This document shows positions 20,065 through 30,407 of a stretch of DNA of 64,000 nt, piece by piece. How positions within the stretch are numbered: the first letter of the stretch is position 1; every line of letters starts with the position of its first letter. The notes below the pieces were generated by a model. That model was not told where the DNA came from. It saw only the letters and a program-made list of their open reading frames with translations, and searched no databases. The stretch comes from Ostreococcus lucimarinus (taxonomy: Eukaryota). The position numbers and the translations under genes are program-made. The stretch lies in NCBI GenBank assembly GCA_000092065.1, contig CP000590.1. One strand, 5' to 3'.

Positions 20065-20784
20065 CTAAAACTCGAGCGAAGCGTCGCCGCCACCGTAATG
20101 AATCATCTCTGCCATCGCGCACGCCACGCACAACGCAGCCACGCCGCCGAACACGCGATAAAACTCCCCCCACTCCACGTCGTCGCTCGCCGCGTTGTCG
20201 CTCGATCGACTCGGCGCCAACAACGAAAACACCTTGGCGTAACACCGCCACCCGAGCATCACCCCCAGCGCGGTGAGCGTCGACACCAGCAGCCCGTGAG
20301 ATGCCTCTTGCGCTAATCCGCCTTTCGTCGCGAACACGACCCCGACCGCTTGCAACGGCGCCCACACCGCCCACGTTTGGACGACTTCGCTCGTCGCGCG
20401 CCGCACCGACGGCGTCTCGTCCCAGTCGATTTCGTAACTCTTCGTCAAAACCGCGCTCACCACCACCCACAAGATCAGCGACCACGCCGCGTCGATCGAA
20501 AACGCCGCCGCGCTCCGCGCCGTGACCTCGATCGGGGCCAACCATCCTGGGAAATCCGCCGCCGCGCTCACCGCGGAGACTTTTTTATACAACAGAAACA
20601 GCCACAGCACCGTCACGTCGCCGAGGACGAGCAGCCCGTCCTCGAGCGCGCGTCCTCGGTCGCGCGCGTCCTCTCGCGGGCGCGCGTCGTCGTCGCGCGC
20701 GTCGTCCGCGTCGTCGTCCAGCGCGCGCGTCGTTCGCGCGCGCGACGAACGCGCGCGCGCGGGTCTCGAGCGCCACGTCAGCAT
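20065..20784 (-). CDS. Conserved hypothetical membrane protein (about 4 TM), presequence-like N-terminus
   Basis: Hydrophobic segments LLVLGDVTVLWLFLLY, AAWSLILWVVVSAVL, VVQTWAVWAPLQAVGVVFA and GVAALCVACAMAEMI. The start is taken at MLTWRS (20784); an alternative upstream Met is at 20919. The rest of ORF 20065..21561 overlaps the FGGY kinase gene on the other strand. Confidence 0.4.
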   Translation of the reverse strand: MLTWRSRPARARSSRARTTRALDDDADDARDDDARPREDARDRGRALEDGLLVLGDVTVLWLFLLYKKVSAVSAAADFPGWLAPIEVTARSAAAFSIDAAWSLILWVVVSAVLTKSYEIDWDETPSVRRATSEVVQTWAVWAPLQAVGVVFATKGGLAQEASHGLLVSTLTALGVMLGWRCYAKVFSLLAPSRSSDNAASDDVEWGEFYRVFGGVAALCVACAMAEMIHYGGGDASLEF

Positions 20785-21066
20785 CGAGACCGCCTCGCGC
20801 GCGCGCGCGCGGCGCGCGGGGCGCGCGGGGCGCGCGCGCGCGATCCACGCGCGCGTCGCGCGATCGGCGACCGCGCCGCGCGTCGCGCGACCGCGCGCCG
20901 CGACGCGCGCGAGCGCCATCGGCGACGACGCGTCAGTCTGTGCCGCGCCTCGCGCATGCGCTCGACGTCGACGCGGTCGACGAACGCGACGCGCGGCGCG
21001 CGACGCGACGCGACGCGCGAGAGCGCGCGCGTCTCGAGGCGCGGAACGGCGCGCGACGCGCGCGCG

Positions 21067-22395
21067 ATGCGGCGCGCGCGCGCGAGCGCGAGCGATGGGT
21101 GGTTGTACTGCGGCTTGGACTTTGGGACGTCGAGCGCGCGCCTGGCGCTCGTGGACGATCGAGGCGCGCTCGTCGGCGTGCGAACGAGGGCGTACGACGA
21201 CGCGAACGCGAGCGTCGCGCGGGCGTGGGAGCGCGCGCTGTTCGAGCTGCTCGAGGACGCGATGGACGCGGAGGAGCGCGAGCGGTGCCAAGGCGTGGCG
21301 GTGGACGGCACGAGCGGGACGGTGGTCATCGTCGACGCGCGCGACGGGCGAGCGCTGCGAGAACCGTACATGTATAACGAAACGTTTCCAGACGAAGTAG
21401 AACGCGTGCGAGCGCTGAGGAACGGGCCGGGGAAGGATTCGACGGAGAGCGCGTCGAGCGCGGCGTGTAAACTTTCGAGATGGTTTCGCGTGGACGCGGA
21501 GGGAGACAGAGAGCACGCGGCGCTGTTGCATCACGCGGATTGGTTGGCGTATCTGCTGCACAAGAAGATGGGCATGAGTGATTTCAATAACGCGTTGAAG
21601 CTTGGGTTCGATCCAGCGCCGGGGGTGGAGGCGTTTCCGGGATGGTTGCGAGACGCGCCGTTTGGGTACATGTTGCCGACGGACGTTCGCGCGCCGGGAA
21701 CGTCGTTCGGCGTCATGGACGCCGATGTGGCGAAGCGGTTAGGATTTCCGTCGACGTGTGAAGTCATCGCAGGGACGACGGATAGCGTCGCCGCGTTCGT
21801 GGCGTCGAAGGCGGCCGAATCGGGAGAGTGCGCGACGAGTCTCGGGAGCACGCTCGCGTTGAAACTCATCTCCGACACGCGCGTCGACGACCTGAGCTCG
21901 GGCGTGTACTCGCACCGTCTCAACGGTCGGTGGCTCGTGGGCGGGGCGTCGAATCTGGGAGGATGGATTTTACGCAGATTCTTTTCCAACGACGCCCTCG
22001 AGTCGCTGAGCGAGAAAATAGCAAACGAAGGTTACGTCGCGACGGAGGATTATTTCGACGGGGTGATGCTAGGTTTCGGTCTGAGCGTCGACGAGGCGTC
22101 GGCGATCGTGGAAAAGTCACGACCGGCGGACGACGCGCAATTCGTGGTGAACATTCTCAGTTCCATCGCCAACGTCGAGGCGAGATGCTACGAGCGCATG
22201 CGAACGCTCGGGGCGTCGCACGGCGCGCGCAAAGTGTACACCGCGGGAGGTGGGGCGAAGAACGGCGTGTGGAGTGGCATGCGCTCGAAAGCCATGGGAG
22301 ATATCCCTGTCGAACGATCGGCGTGCGACGAAGCCGCGTACGGCGCGGCGCTCCTCGCTCGACAGGGAAGGAAACGGTTATCCGGCTACATTTAA
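21067..22395 (+). CDS. FGGY-family carbohydrate kinase (xylulose/ribulose kinase-like, XK-1 type)
   Basis: N-terminal LYCGLDFGTSSARLALVD (FGGY N-domain), VIAGTTDSVAAFVAS and GGASNLGG, and the C-domain YTAGGGAKNGVWSGMRSKAMG. Confidence 0.7.
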   Translation: MRRARASASDGWLYCGLDFGTSSARLALVDDRGALVGVRTRAYDDANASVARAWERALFELLEDAMDAEERERCQGVAVDGTSGTVVIVDARDGRALREPYMYNETFPDEVERVRALRNGPGKDSTESASSAACKLSRWFRVDAEGDREHAALLHHADWLAYLLHKKMGMSDFNNALKLGFDPAPGVEAFPGWLRDAPFGYMLPTDVRAPGTSFGVMDADVAKRLGFPSTCEVIAGTTDSVAAFVASKAAESGECATSLGSTLALKLISDTRVDDLSSGVYSHRLNGRWLVGGASNLGGWILRRFFSNDALESLSEKIANEGYVATEDYFDGVMLGFGLSVDEASAIVEKSRPADDAQFVVNILSSIANVEARCYERMRTLGASHGARKVYTAGGGAKNGVWSGMRSKAMGDIPVERSACDEAAYGAALLARQGRKRLSGYI

Positions 22396-22476
22396 CGCTG
22401 CGAGCCTTTCGCCGTTCGCTCGGCGGTGAGTGCCTACATTTAATAGAATTCGATATCGCAACGCTGACTAAGCCAA

Positions 22477-23190
22477 TTAGTTATCGTACGGGTTCAGCAT
22501 CTTTTTGAACTTGGACAACAAGTCATTCTCTTCCGCGCCCGCCGTCGTCGAATCGTCATCCTTGGTGAGTAAAATGACGTCGTCGAACGGATTCTTCTGA
22601 CCTTGCTTTTCACGAATTTGTTCCTCGGTGATCTTAGAGCTTTCGTCACGCTCGCGATAACCGTACTCAACTCTTCCGAACGCCGGCGGTTTCGCCAACG
22701 CGGGATACATCTTAAACGCCGCCTCCTTCAAAGGCTTCTCCGCCGCCCAAATTTCCTTCTTGATATTACGCGGGCTCTCGCTCGCGAGAGGTCCCACGGG
22801 GAACCATTGATTAGGCCCAGCGGCGCGCACGAACACTTCGAAGATCGCTCCACCCTTCGCGACGATGGCGTCGAAGCGTTCCGCCGCCGCGACTTCCTCC
22901 GCGCTCGGCGGTTTCGCCTTCATCTGCTCCCCTTGCTTCCCACCGGTCTTCGCCTTACGCCTTTGAGGCTTTTGCGGTTTCGGCATCGGTTTGCCTCGTT
23001 TCGTCAACGCCGGCGCCTCGCTCGGCGCGACGAACGGCGATGGCGCGGCGCCATCGTTCGCGGCATCATCGTTCGCGGCGCGGCGAACGCACGCGACGCG
23101 ACGCTCGTTCTTCGCCGCGCGCCGCGTCGTCGTCGTTCGCGTCGTCATTCGCGTCGTCGTTCGCGTCGCCGTCGCCATCGTCGTCGCCAT
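22477..23190 (-). CDS. Hypothetical protein (basic N-terminus, conserved green-lineage-like C-terminal region)
   Basis: 237-aa ORF. The C-terminal block FDAIVAKGGAIFEVFVRAAGPNQWFPVGPLASESPRNIKKEIWAAEKPLKEAAFKMYPALAK...FGRVEYGYRERDE looks structured. A T/R-rich N-terminus suggests organelle targeting. Confidence 0.4.
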   Translation of the reverse strand: MATTMATATRTTTRMTTRTTTTRRAAKNERRVACVRRAANDDAANDGAAPSPFVAPSEAPALTKRGKPMPKPQKPQRRKAKTGGKQGEQMKAKPPSAEEVAAAERFDAIVAKGGAIFEVFVRAAGPNQWFPVGPLASESPRNIKKEIWAAEKPLKEAAFKMYPALAKPPAFGRVEYGYRERDESSKITEEQIREKQGQKNPFDDVILLTKDDDSTTAGAEENDLLSKFKKMLNPYDN

Positions 23191-23335
23191 CGCGTCGCGA
23201 GTCGGCGTGAGTATATGTGACGTCAGATGTGACGTCGTTATCCACTGAAAAAGGTCGGGACGCGTTTCGATTCAGTTTGGTTCGGTTCGGTTCGGTTCGA
23301 TTCAGTGCTACGCTACGCTACGTGTACGTTCATCG

Positions 23336-26300
23336 TTAATGCGTCAAGCGCTGAAGCTCTTCGACGCGACGAATGATTTCGGCGCGATCGCACTTCATGT
23401 CAGCGGCGACGACGTCGGCTTGCTCGACTTTTAAGTCGAGAAACGATTCGACGAGGTCGCCGTCGACGAAATTCCTCGAAGGATCGCTCTTGCGGCGAAG
23501 CGTGTGGCGGAATGAACGCCACTCCGCGTGTTTCAAGCCACCGACGCCTTGGATGTGCTTGTTCATGGAGGTTTGAAGGCGCTCGGCGAAATCGTAGGCG
23601 TCCTTCGGCAGACTGGCCAAGACGCCGATGACGCCGTTACCAGTGCCGAAGAGCAAAGTGGGGACTTCTAAACTGTCGCCATCTTTGAGGCTCATGACGA
23701 GTGAACCAGGAGAGAACACGTTGACGAACTCACCTAGGTGATACTCGCCCGTGATTTCCAAACGACTACGCTCTTCGTCCGTCATAGCGTTCATGTTGCG
23801 AGCGACGGTAAACAGGTTCAAGCTGTTCTCGGCGCCGAGATAGGTTTCGTCATCGTCTAACATCGCCACCGCAGTCATCCAATTTGCGTTAAAGTCTCTC
23901 GCGATCTCGTCGATCGCGCCTTCTTCGGGCTTGTACTGTAACAGCGACATGGACTTAAGCAAATCGCCGACGAGAATCCAATCGCCTCTCGTCTTGACGG
24001 AGAACGTGATGATTTGGCCGTGGTGCGAGCACTCGCTCACCAGCTCGTGCGCGTCGTCTTCGCGCGGTGTCCATTTGAATAGCTCTAGCTTAGAATTGAT
24101 CCCCGCGAGAAGTTTACCCTTGAATGCGTTCAAGTTGTACACGGCGCCTCGAACTTCTTTCTCGGATACGAGTTCAAGGGCGTCCGCCTCAACGCGTAAG
24201 ACGAGAATGCGCCCGCGCGACGGTTCATCTTCTTGCTCGTAAGCAAACCCCGTACCGACGACGTAGTACTCTCTCGAATCGCCCGCGAACGAGCACGACA
24301 TCAAGGAACTCGCCAATTCGTGCTCTTCTAATCGAAACTGGTGGAGCGTGTCAAACGAACCGTCGTCGATGAGTCTGATGAAGAGTTCTTGATCACCCTT
24401 CGACATCAAATGCTCGACCGCGACCGCGAATGTGTTCGTGTCGACCTGATGCGCGATCCTACGCGGGTGACCACCGAGTGGGATCGTGCGAATGTGCAGC
24501 TTTTGAATGTCGTCAATCCCGCCGATGGTTAAATCTTCGTCGCCCGCCAACGCGAGAGCGTCCGGGAACGCTTCGCTGCTGAACGGACAGACATGCAACA
24601 CCTCTTGCACGTTGACGTTGGAGTAGATTAGCTTTTTGTTGTTGCTGAAGATCACCGTCGGCCTATCCGACGCCGCGAACACACTACTCACATTCGTCGC
24701 ATGGCTCTTAAACGTTTGCAACGTAATCGGCTTGGTACCGAGGCTCAATTTTTTGCGCCCGCTCAAAGCCCCAGTGTTCTGATCTAAAACGTACGTGATC
24801 AACTGACCGTCACCTAAGCCTACGAACAAGTATGGAATGTCTTCGAACGAACACAGCAACGTCGATCGAGGGATGATGTCTTCATCTGTACTTTCTTTCG
24901 TGATGACGCTCAAGTCACTCATTGACGCGAGCACGATATCCATGGACCACAAACCAACCGCGCACACCGGCGAGCTCATCCCATCGCCCATGGGCGTGCA
25001 ATCTAAGCAAGCTATTTCGTTCTCGAATGTCTTACTCGCCAAGAGGACGATTTTGCCCTTCGCCACGTTCAAGCAGTGTAACTGCCCGCCCGCCGCTGCA
25101 ACAAGAATTTGAGTCGGGTTGCACTTCGCCGAAAGAATCTCCGCACCGTCCTTTGGCTTCCATTCATCGAGTAAGTCGCCACCTCTTGAGACGAGGCGGA
25201 CGCCCCTGTGCGTCACTTGAAGGAAAACATTGCCTTGCATGTTGCCACAGCACAAAGTTTGCGCTTCAGCGTCGAAACCCGCAATTTCTGTCTCGTCCAA
25301 CGTGTCCCCTTCGTCCCCGACAAAGCCCAAGATGCGAGTTTCGTTTATGAATGTGACGACCAAGTACTTATCCATTTGGCTATCGTCGCTATCGCGAAGT
25401 GAAAACAAGCCTTTGACACCGGGAAGCTGAATCACCGCTTGCTCGTCAATGCCTATGCCGTTGCGCACTACGCGTAAACTCCCATCTTTTAACGCCCCGC
25501 TACACGTAACCACTTGCCCTTGACCGTGCCGCTCTAAGTCAACGAATGCAAAGTCTACAATGGGACCGAGATTGGTGAACTCTTCTAAAATTTGCACGTA
25601 CGTCGGGTTGCCGTCTTTATCGATGCTCGTCTTCTCCGCGTGCAGCTTGATGAGTTGCGAGTCGCCGTACGTGCTACCGACGAATACCACGCCGTTATCG
25701 AGATAGCTAAGCGTACTCGCGATTGACGTGTCGCCAAGTCTCTCAATTTTAAGCTCTCGAACGCGCTTGCCGTCGTGTAAGATGACGAGCAAGTAGAGCA
25801 TGCCGTCCGCGTCGCCCAGCAGGTAGCGCGAGCCGTCCGGATCAATAGCGCCGTAGCACGTGATGTTCGTCCGATCGGGGATGTTGGGGATGTTGATCGC
25901 TTTGAGAAACACATCTGCGTCGTCTTCGAACTTGTTCAAGTACACGATAATTTCCTGCCCCAAGACGACGACACCGCCGATGGGCGCGGGGACCGGAATT
26001 ATTTTATTCGAGCCACCCTCTAAATCGTTCTGCGCCCAAGGCGACGACACGAATTCCTTCTCGCGAATGCCGATCTCGTACGTCTTAATGTGTACCGCAT
26101 CTTTAGTGTCTCGGTAAAGCACCGCGATCGTCGGCTTGGGCGTGCCGTGCAAGAACTTGATGTCCTCCACGCGCAACTCCTCGAGGCGAATGTTAAACGC
26201 CTCCTTCACCCCGCCCTTTTCGTCGCACGGAATCACCTTGAATAATCCGTCGTACAGCCGCAACCCGATCGCTCGACACGTGTCATCCACGATCCCAATC

Positions 26301-26935
26301 TGTCCATCATCCGCCGGTCGACCGATATTATCCTGCACGTCCCCGAACGCCTCCGTCTTCAACTCTTCGTTCGCCTCGTCGTACGACAGCACCGTAAACC
26401 CATACCTCTCCGTCGTCAGGTACAACCGCGCCTTCCCATCGCCCGATCCCGTTTGGCACAGCGACATCGTCGCGATTCGACCATTTATCGGCACATCCAG
26501 CACCGGTTTCAGCCCCTCCGCGTGCAAGCGATACACCTCCAGTCGCGTGCTCTTCGCGACGATTAAATCAGTCGCCTCGCTCGACGTAAACTTTCCCACG
26601 GCCGAGTGCGTGACCACGGTGGGTTTGTGCGCCTGCGGAAACCACGCGTCGTCGTCGTCGTCGTCGTCAGTCGATCGCTCGTCATCGCGCAGAGCGTCGC
26701 GCAGTCGGTCGTTCGCTCGGTCGTCAACGATCGAGCGTCGCGTCGCTTCGCGTCGTACGCGCGCGCGCGCACCGTGACGACGTAATTGTGCTGACACCGC
26801 GCGCCTGAACCGCTCTCGCGCGCGTCCTCGTTCGTCATCGCGTCGAGGTCTTCGCGCGTCGCCGAGTGCGGATTGGCAGCTTGGATTGGGCGGCGACGGC
26901 GAGACGCGGCCGCGGCGCGCGCTTCGCGAGGGCAT
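23336..26935 (-). CDS. DDB1: DNA damage-binding protein 1 (DDB1), CUL4 adaptor
   Basis: N-terminal AHKPTVVTHSAVGKFTSSEATDLIVAKSTRLEVYRL and the C-terminal ...FVDGDLVESFLDLKVEQADVVAADMKCDRAEIIRRVEELQRLTH are colinear with DDB1 over three beta-propellers. About 100 aa of R/D-rich sequence upstream of the conserved start carry no internal Met, so the start is uncertain. Confidence 0.85.
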   Translation of the reverse strand: MPSRSARRGRVSPSPPNPSCQSALGDARRPRRDDERGRARERFRRAVSAQLRRHGARARVRREATRRSIVDDRANDRLRDALRDDERSTDDDDDDDAWFPQAHKPTVVTHSAVGKFTSSEATDLIVAKSTRLEVYRLHAEGLKPVLDVPINGRIATMSLCQTGSGDGKARLYLTTERYGFTVLSYDEANEELKTEAFGDVQDNIGRPADDGQIGIVDDTCRAIGLRLYDGLFKVIPCDEKGGVKEAFNIRLEELRVEDIKFLHGTPKPTIAVLYRDTKDAVHIKTYEIGIREKEFVSSPWAQNDLEGGSNKIIPVPAPIGGVVVLGQEIIVYLNKFEDDADVFLKAINIPNIPDRTNITCYGAIDPDGSRYLLGDADGMLYLLVILHDGKRVRELKIERLGDTSIASTLSYLDNGVVFVGSTYGDSQLIKLHAEKTSIDKDGNPTYVQILEEFTNLGPIVDFAFVDLERHGQGQVVTCSGALKDGSLRVVRNGIGIDEQAVIQLPGVKGLFSLRDSDDSQMDKYLVVTFINETRILGFVGDEGDTLDETEIAGFDAEAQTLCCGNMQGNVFLQVTHRGVRLVSRGGDLLDEWKPKDGAEILSAKCNPTQILVAAAGGQLHCLNVAKGKIVLLASKTFENEIACLDCTPMGDGMSSPVCAVGLWSMDIVLASMSDLSVITKESTDEDIIPRSTLLCSFEDIPYLFVGLGDGQLITYVLDQNTGALSGRKKLSLGTKPITLQTFKSHATNVSSVFAASDRPTVIFSNNKKLIYSNVNVQEVLHVCPFSSEAFPDALALAGDEDLTIGGIDDIQKLHIRTIPLGGHPRRIAHQVDTNTFAVAVEHLMSKGDQELFIRLIDDGSFDTLHQFRLEEHELASSLMSCSFAGDSREYYVVGTGFAYEQEDEPSRGRILVLRVEADALELVSEKEVRGAVYNLNAFKGKLLAGINSKLELFKWTPREDDAHELVSECSHHGQIITFSVKTRGDWILVGDLLKSMSLLQYKPEEGAIDEIARDFNANWMTAVAMLDDDETYLGAENSLNLFTVARNMNAMTDEERSRLEITGEYHLGEFVNVFSPGSLVMSLKDGDSLEVPTLLFGTGNGVIGVLASLPKDAYDFAERLQTSMNKHIQGVGGLKHAEWRSFRHTLRRKSDPSRNFVDGDLVESFLDLKVEQADVVAADMKCDRAEIIRRVEELQRLTH

Positions 26936-27124
26936 TCGGTCGTTCGAGGATCGAGCGGTGCGCGAGTTCGAGAAACGCAGATGCGCATATTTTGTGGCGT
27001 TGCAAAGGCAGGCTGGCGGCGGGGTGATGTCGATTTCGCGAAGCGCGAGGCGTGGGTGCGGGAAGCGCCGCGTCTGCGGCTGGCGGGAATAAAACGCGAC
27101 GCGAGATGAGAACGCGGCGCGAGA

Positions 27125-27769
27125 TCACGACGCCACGGGACTCGGTTCGGCGTCTCGACGCTCCTGCTCGGTCATCTCCTCTAACTCTCGCAAATCGTCC
27201 ACGTCGTCGTACTCCACGCGCGCGCCCTCCACGACGGCGCACCGCTCCGCGGAGTGTTCGTTGAGCGCCGCGCGTAAAATCTTAATCTTCGCGATCGACG
27301 CCGAGAACTGCGCCACGCACCCTTCGGTGCCGCGATAAAACTTAAAATACGGCAGCACCTTCACCCCCAGCGATTTGCACAGATCCTTATTCGCGTCGAA
27401 GTTCACCTTCACGAAGACGACGTCCGGGTACTCGGCCGCGATTTTACACAGCTTTGGATACAGCGCTCGGCACGCCCCGCACCATCGCGCGTACACGTCC
27501 ACGACGACCAGTTTATCGCTGTGTTCGTTCAGCACGCCCAGGAACGCCATCGTGTCGTCGCACTCGATCATGTTTTCTCCGCCGCCCTTCTCCCACCAGG
27601 GGTCTTTCGACGAGATCCTCGCGCGCGCGCGCGTCCTCGCACCGCGCGCGTCCTCGCGCGCGCGTCCTCGCGCGCGCACCGCGACGTTCGCCGTCGCGAG
27701 CGTCGTCGCGCGCATCGTCGTCGTCCGCGCGCCGTTCGCGCGTCGTCGCGTGCCGCGCACTTCACTCAT
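27125..27769 (-). CDS. Thioredoxin-fold protein with atypical WCGAC active site, likely plastid-targeted
   Basis: KLVVVDVYARWCGACRALYPKLCKIAAEYPDVVFVKVNFDANKDLCKSLGVKVLPYFKFY is a thioredoxin fold with CGAC in place of CGPC. The N-terminus is Arg/Thr-rich. Confidence 0.7.
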   Translation of the reverse strand: MSEVRGTRRRANGARTTTMRATTLATANVAVRARGRAREDARGARTRARARISSKDPWWEKGGGENMIECDDTMAFLGVLNEHSDKLVVVDVYARWCGACRALYPKLCKIAAEYPDVVFVKVNFDANKDLCKSLGVKVLPYFKFYRGTEGCVAQFSASIAKIKILRAALNEHSAERCAVVEGARVEYDDVDDLRELEEMTEQERRDAEPSPVAS

Positions 27770-27976
27770 TCATTCACTCACTCACTCACTCACTCATTCG
27801 CGCGCGTCTCGGTCGAGACACCGCGACGCGACGCGACGCGACGCGCGATGACGACGACGTTCGAACGCGACGCGTCGTGAGCGCCTCGGTTCGAGCGACC
27901 TCGGCGCGAGCGACCTCGGCGCGAGCGACGACGCCGCCTCGACGACGCCGCCGCCGGAAGAGGCGCGACGGCACCG
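27770..27976. promoter_or_regulatory. Bidirectional promoter region (thioredoxin <- -> Dus) with a (TCAC)n/(TCATTCAC) microsatellite
   Basis: cattcattcactcactcactcactcactcattcg at about 27768..27802, between the divergent start codons at 27769 and 27977. Confidence 0.4.
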
Positions 27977-29254
27977 ATGGCGCGCGCGTCGCGAGGGAAA
28001 TCGCGCGCGAGCGAGGGATCGACGCTGGCGATCGCGCCCGGATTGGACGTGACGACGCCGTATTATCGCGCGCTCGCGCGAGCGATGACGAAACGGGCGC
28101 GGGTGTGGACGGAGATGGCGCATCACGACGCGGTGGAACGCTTAAAGTCAAACACGCTGACGCGCGGCGAAACGCTGGCGACGGCGCAGCTGGGAGGGGC
28201 GGATCCGAGCGGATTGGCGCGCGCGGTGGAGGTGTGCGAGGGTGAGTACGGATACGATGAGGTGAATTTAAATTGTGGGTGCCCGAGCGATCGAGTGTGC
28301 GGGAAGGGGGAGACGGAAAAACGGTTCGGGGCGTCGATGATGCTGGACGTCGAACGCGCGGCGGAGTGCGCGAGACGCATGGCGGAGGCGTCGGATCGAG
28401 CGAAGATTACGATTAAACACAGACTCGGGGTGCGGTACGATAAGACGATGATGAAACACGAAGAGACGGACTGTTACGATTACGTCGTGAACTTTGTCGA
28501 GGCCATACACGAGGCGGCGGGAGTGGAGCATTTCATCGTGCACGCGCGAAGCGCGGTGATGGGCGGATTGAATCCCGACGCCAATCGAAAGATTCCGCCT
28601 TTGCGATACGACGAAGTGTTCGCGCTGTGCGACGAGTTCGGAAGATGTGATTTCACGCTAAACGGTGGCGTAAACTCGCTGGCGCAGGCGAAAGAGCTTC
28701 TCGATCGCGAAGACGGCAAGTTGGCGGGCGTGATGATGGGTCGGGCGTTTTACAAGCATCCGTGCATGCTCGCCGACGTCGATCGAGTCATCTTCGGTGA
28801 CGCCGCGTGCGAGCCAGCGCTGACGCGCCGGTCGGTGATTCAGCGTTACGGTGAATTCGGCGACGGTGTGTACGCCGCCAGAGGCGCGGACATCGACGTA
28901 AAATCTCGCAAAGCCGTCGCGCGTAAGCTCTTCAAAGCCGTCTCCGGCGTCACCTTTGGCACGTCGACGGGGTCGAAAATGTTCCATCGCGCCGGCGACG
29001 CCATGCTCGCCGCGCGCTACGACGCCATTCCACCCGACCCATCGGATGACCGTCCATTCAGCGTCAACCTCATGGAGTGTTGCGTCGACGTCATGGACGC
29101 CGCCGTCTTGGACAAGCCTCTCGTCGACGTGAAGCCCGAGGGAGATCAGACGTTTTACGTCTCGCCGCGCGAGGACGGCTGGGACCGACGAAACCGAGGC
29201 GAAGACGGCGCTCCCGACGCGTGCGCGCGCGCGTTGAAAACCATCACGATTTAG
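27977..29254 (+). CDS. tRNA-dihydrouridine synthase (Dus family)
   Basis: GADPSGLARAVEVCEGEYGYDEVNLNCGCPSDRVCGKG...FIVHARSAVMGG matches the TIM-barrel FMN site and catalytic Cys region of Dus enzymes. Confidence 0.8.
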   Translation: MARASRGKSRASEGSTLAIAPGLDVTTPYYRALARAMTKRARVWTEMAHHDAVERLKSNTLTRGETLATAQLGGADPSGLARAVEVCEGEYGYDEVNLNCGCPSDRVCGKGETEKRFGASMMLDVERAAECARRMAEASDRAKITIKHRLGVRYDKTMMKHEETDCYDYVVNFVEAIHEAAGVEHFIVHARSAVMGGLNPDANRKIPPLRYDEVFALCDEFGRCDFTLNGGVNSLAQAKELLDREDGKLAGVMMGRAFYKHPCMLADVDRVIFGDAACEPALTRRSVIQRYGEFGDGVYAARGADIDVKSRKAVARKLFKAVSGVTFGTSTGSKMFHRAGDAMLAARYDAIPPDPSDDRPFSVNLMECCVDVMDAAVLDKPLVDVKPEGDQTFYVSPREDGWDRRNRGEDGAPDACARALKTITI

Positions 29255-29372
29255 TTCACGATTCATTTGTCTCGCCAAACGCGCGTTGTAGTCATAGCCT
29301 TAGATGTTCGCAAATGCCGAGCGCGTCGCGCTGAAGATTTGAAAGATCCTCACACTCGGACGCGCGCGCGCC

Positions 29373-30407
29373 ATGCCGCCGTCGTCGTACCGCACCGTCG
29401 GGTTCAACGGCTACGCTGTGAAGTTTTCCCCGTTCGTGCCGCACAGAATCGCGATATCGGCGTCGCAAAACTTTGGAATCATCGGTAACGGCGCGCAAAT
29501 CATCGGCGATGTCGACCCGCTGACGGGAAATTTCATCGAATTGTGCCGGTTTCACACGCGCGATGGGGTGTACGACTGCGCGTGGAGCGAAGGACACGAA
29601 AATGTCATCATCAGCGCGTGCGGAGACGGGAGCGTGAAGGTTTGGGACATCGCGAACGGGCCGCAGGCGAACCCGCTGCGAAGCCTGCACGAACACACGC
29701 ACGAGGTGTACGCGGCGTCTTGGAATTTGGCGGGCGGAAGAGACACGTTCTTGACGGCGTCATGGGATGATACGATTAAGTTGTGGAATTTAGAGCGCGG
29801 TGAGAGCATGCGGACGTTCGCGGAACACGCGTATTGCGTGTACGCGGCGGAGTGGAGCCCGCACCACGCGGATATTTTCGCGAGCGCGTCGGGGGATTGT
29901 TTGCTGAAGATTTGGGATCTTCGACAGCCGCACGCGACGCTGAGCGTACCTGTGCACGATTATGAGACGTTGTGTTGCGATTGGAACAAGTGGAACGACT
30001 GCGTGATCGCCACGGGGAGCGTGGACAAGACGGTGCGGTTGTGGGATATTCGGAACCCGTCGCGAGAGTTGCACACTTTGGTCGGGCACGATTACGCCGT
30101 GCGTCGGGTGAAGTGCTCGCCGCACGCGGAAAACGTCGTGTACACGTGTTCGTACGACATGACGGTGGGAATGTGGGATTGGAAGTCACCCGCGCCGCTG
30201 CTGAATCGTTGGGGGCATCACACCGAGTTCGCCGTCGGGCTAGACACGTCGTGTTTGGTGGAGGGATTAGTGGCGTCGTGTGGGTGGGATGAGATGGTAC
30301 ACGCTTGGAACACGGTTGATGGAAGCCCGCCACCGATTGCGGCGATGATGCGCGCGCCTCAGGCTTATCCTCCCATGGCGACGGCGTCGCCGGCTCCCGT
30401 GGCGTGA
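29373..30407 (+). CDS. PEX7: Peroxin 7 (PTS2 receptor), WD40
   Basis: MPPSSYRTVGFNGYAVKFSPFVPHRIAISASQNFGIIGNGAQ is the characteristic PEX7 N-terminus, followed by six WD repeats (VKVWDI, IKLWNL, LKIWDL, VRLWDI...). Confidence 0.8.
   Translation: MPPSSYRTVGFNGYAVKFSPFVPHRIAISASQNFGIIGNGAQIIGDVDPLTGNFIELCRFHTRDGVYDCAWSEGHENVIISACGDGSVKVWDIANGPQANPLRSLHEHTHEVYAASWNLAGGRDTFLTASWDDTIKLWNLERGESMRTFAEHAYCVYAAEWSPHHADIFASASGDCLLKIWDLRQPHATLSVPVHDYETLCCDWNKWNDCVIATGSVDKTVRLWDIRNPSRELHTLVGHDYAVRRVKCSPHAENVVYTCSYDMTVGMWDWKSPAPLLNRWGHHTEFAVGLDTSCLVEGLVASCGWDEMVHAWNTVDGSPPPIAAMMRAPQAYPPMATASPAPVA

Noticed and set aside
20350-21066. Upstream 239 codons of ORF 20350..22395(+) and ORFs 20522..21400(+), 20778..21371(-), 20940..21377(+)
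   Set aside because: FGGY kinase homology starts at 21067 (LYCGLDFGTS). The upstream part is R/A/P-rich and antisense to the better-supported membrane-protein gene 20065..20784.
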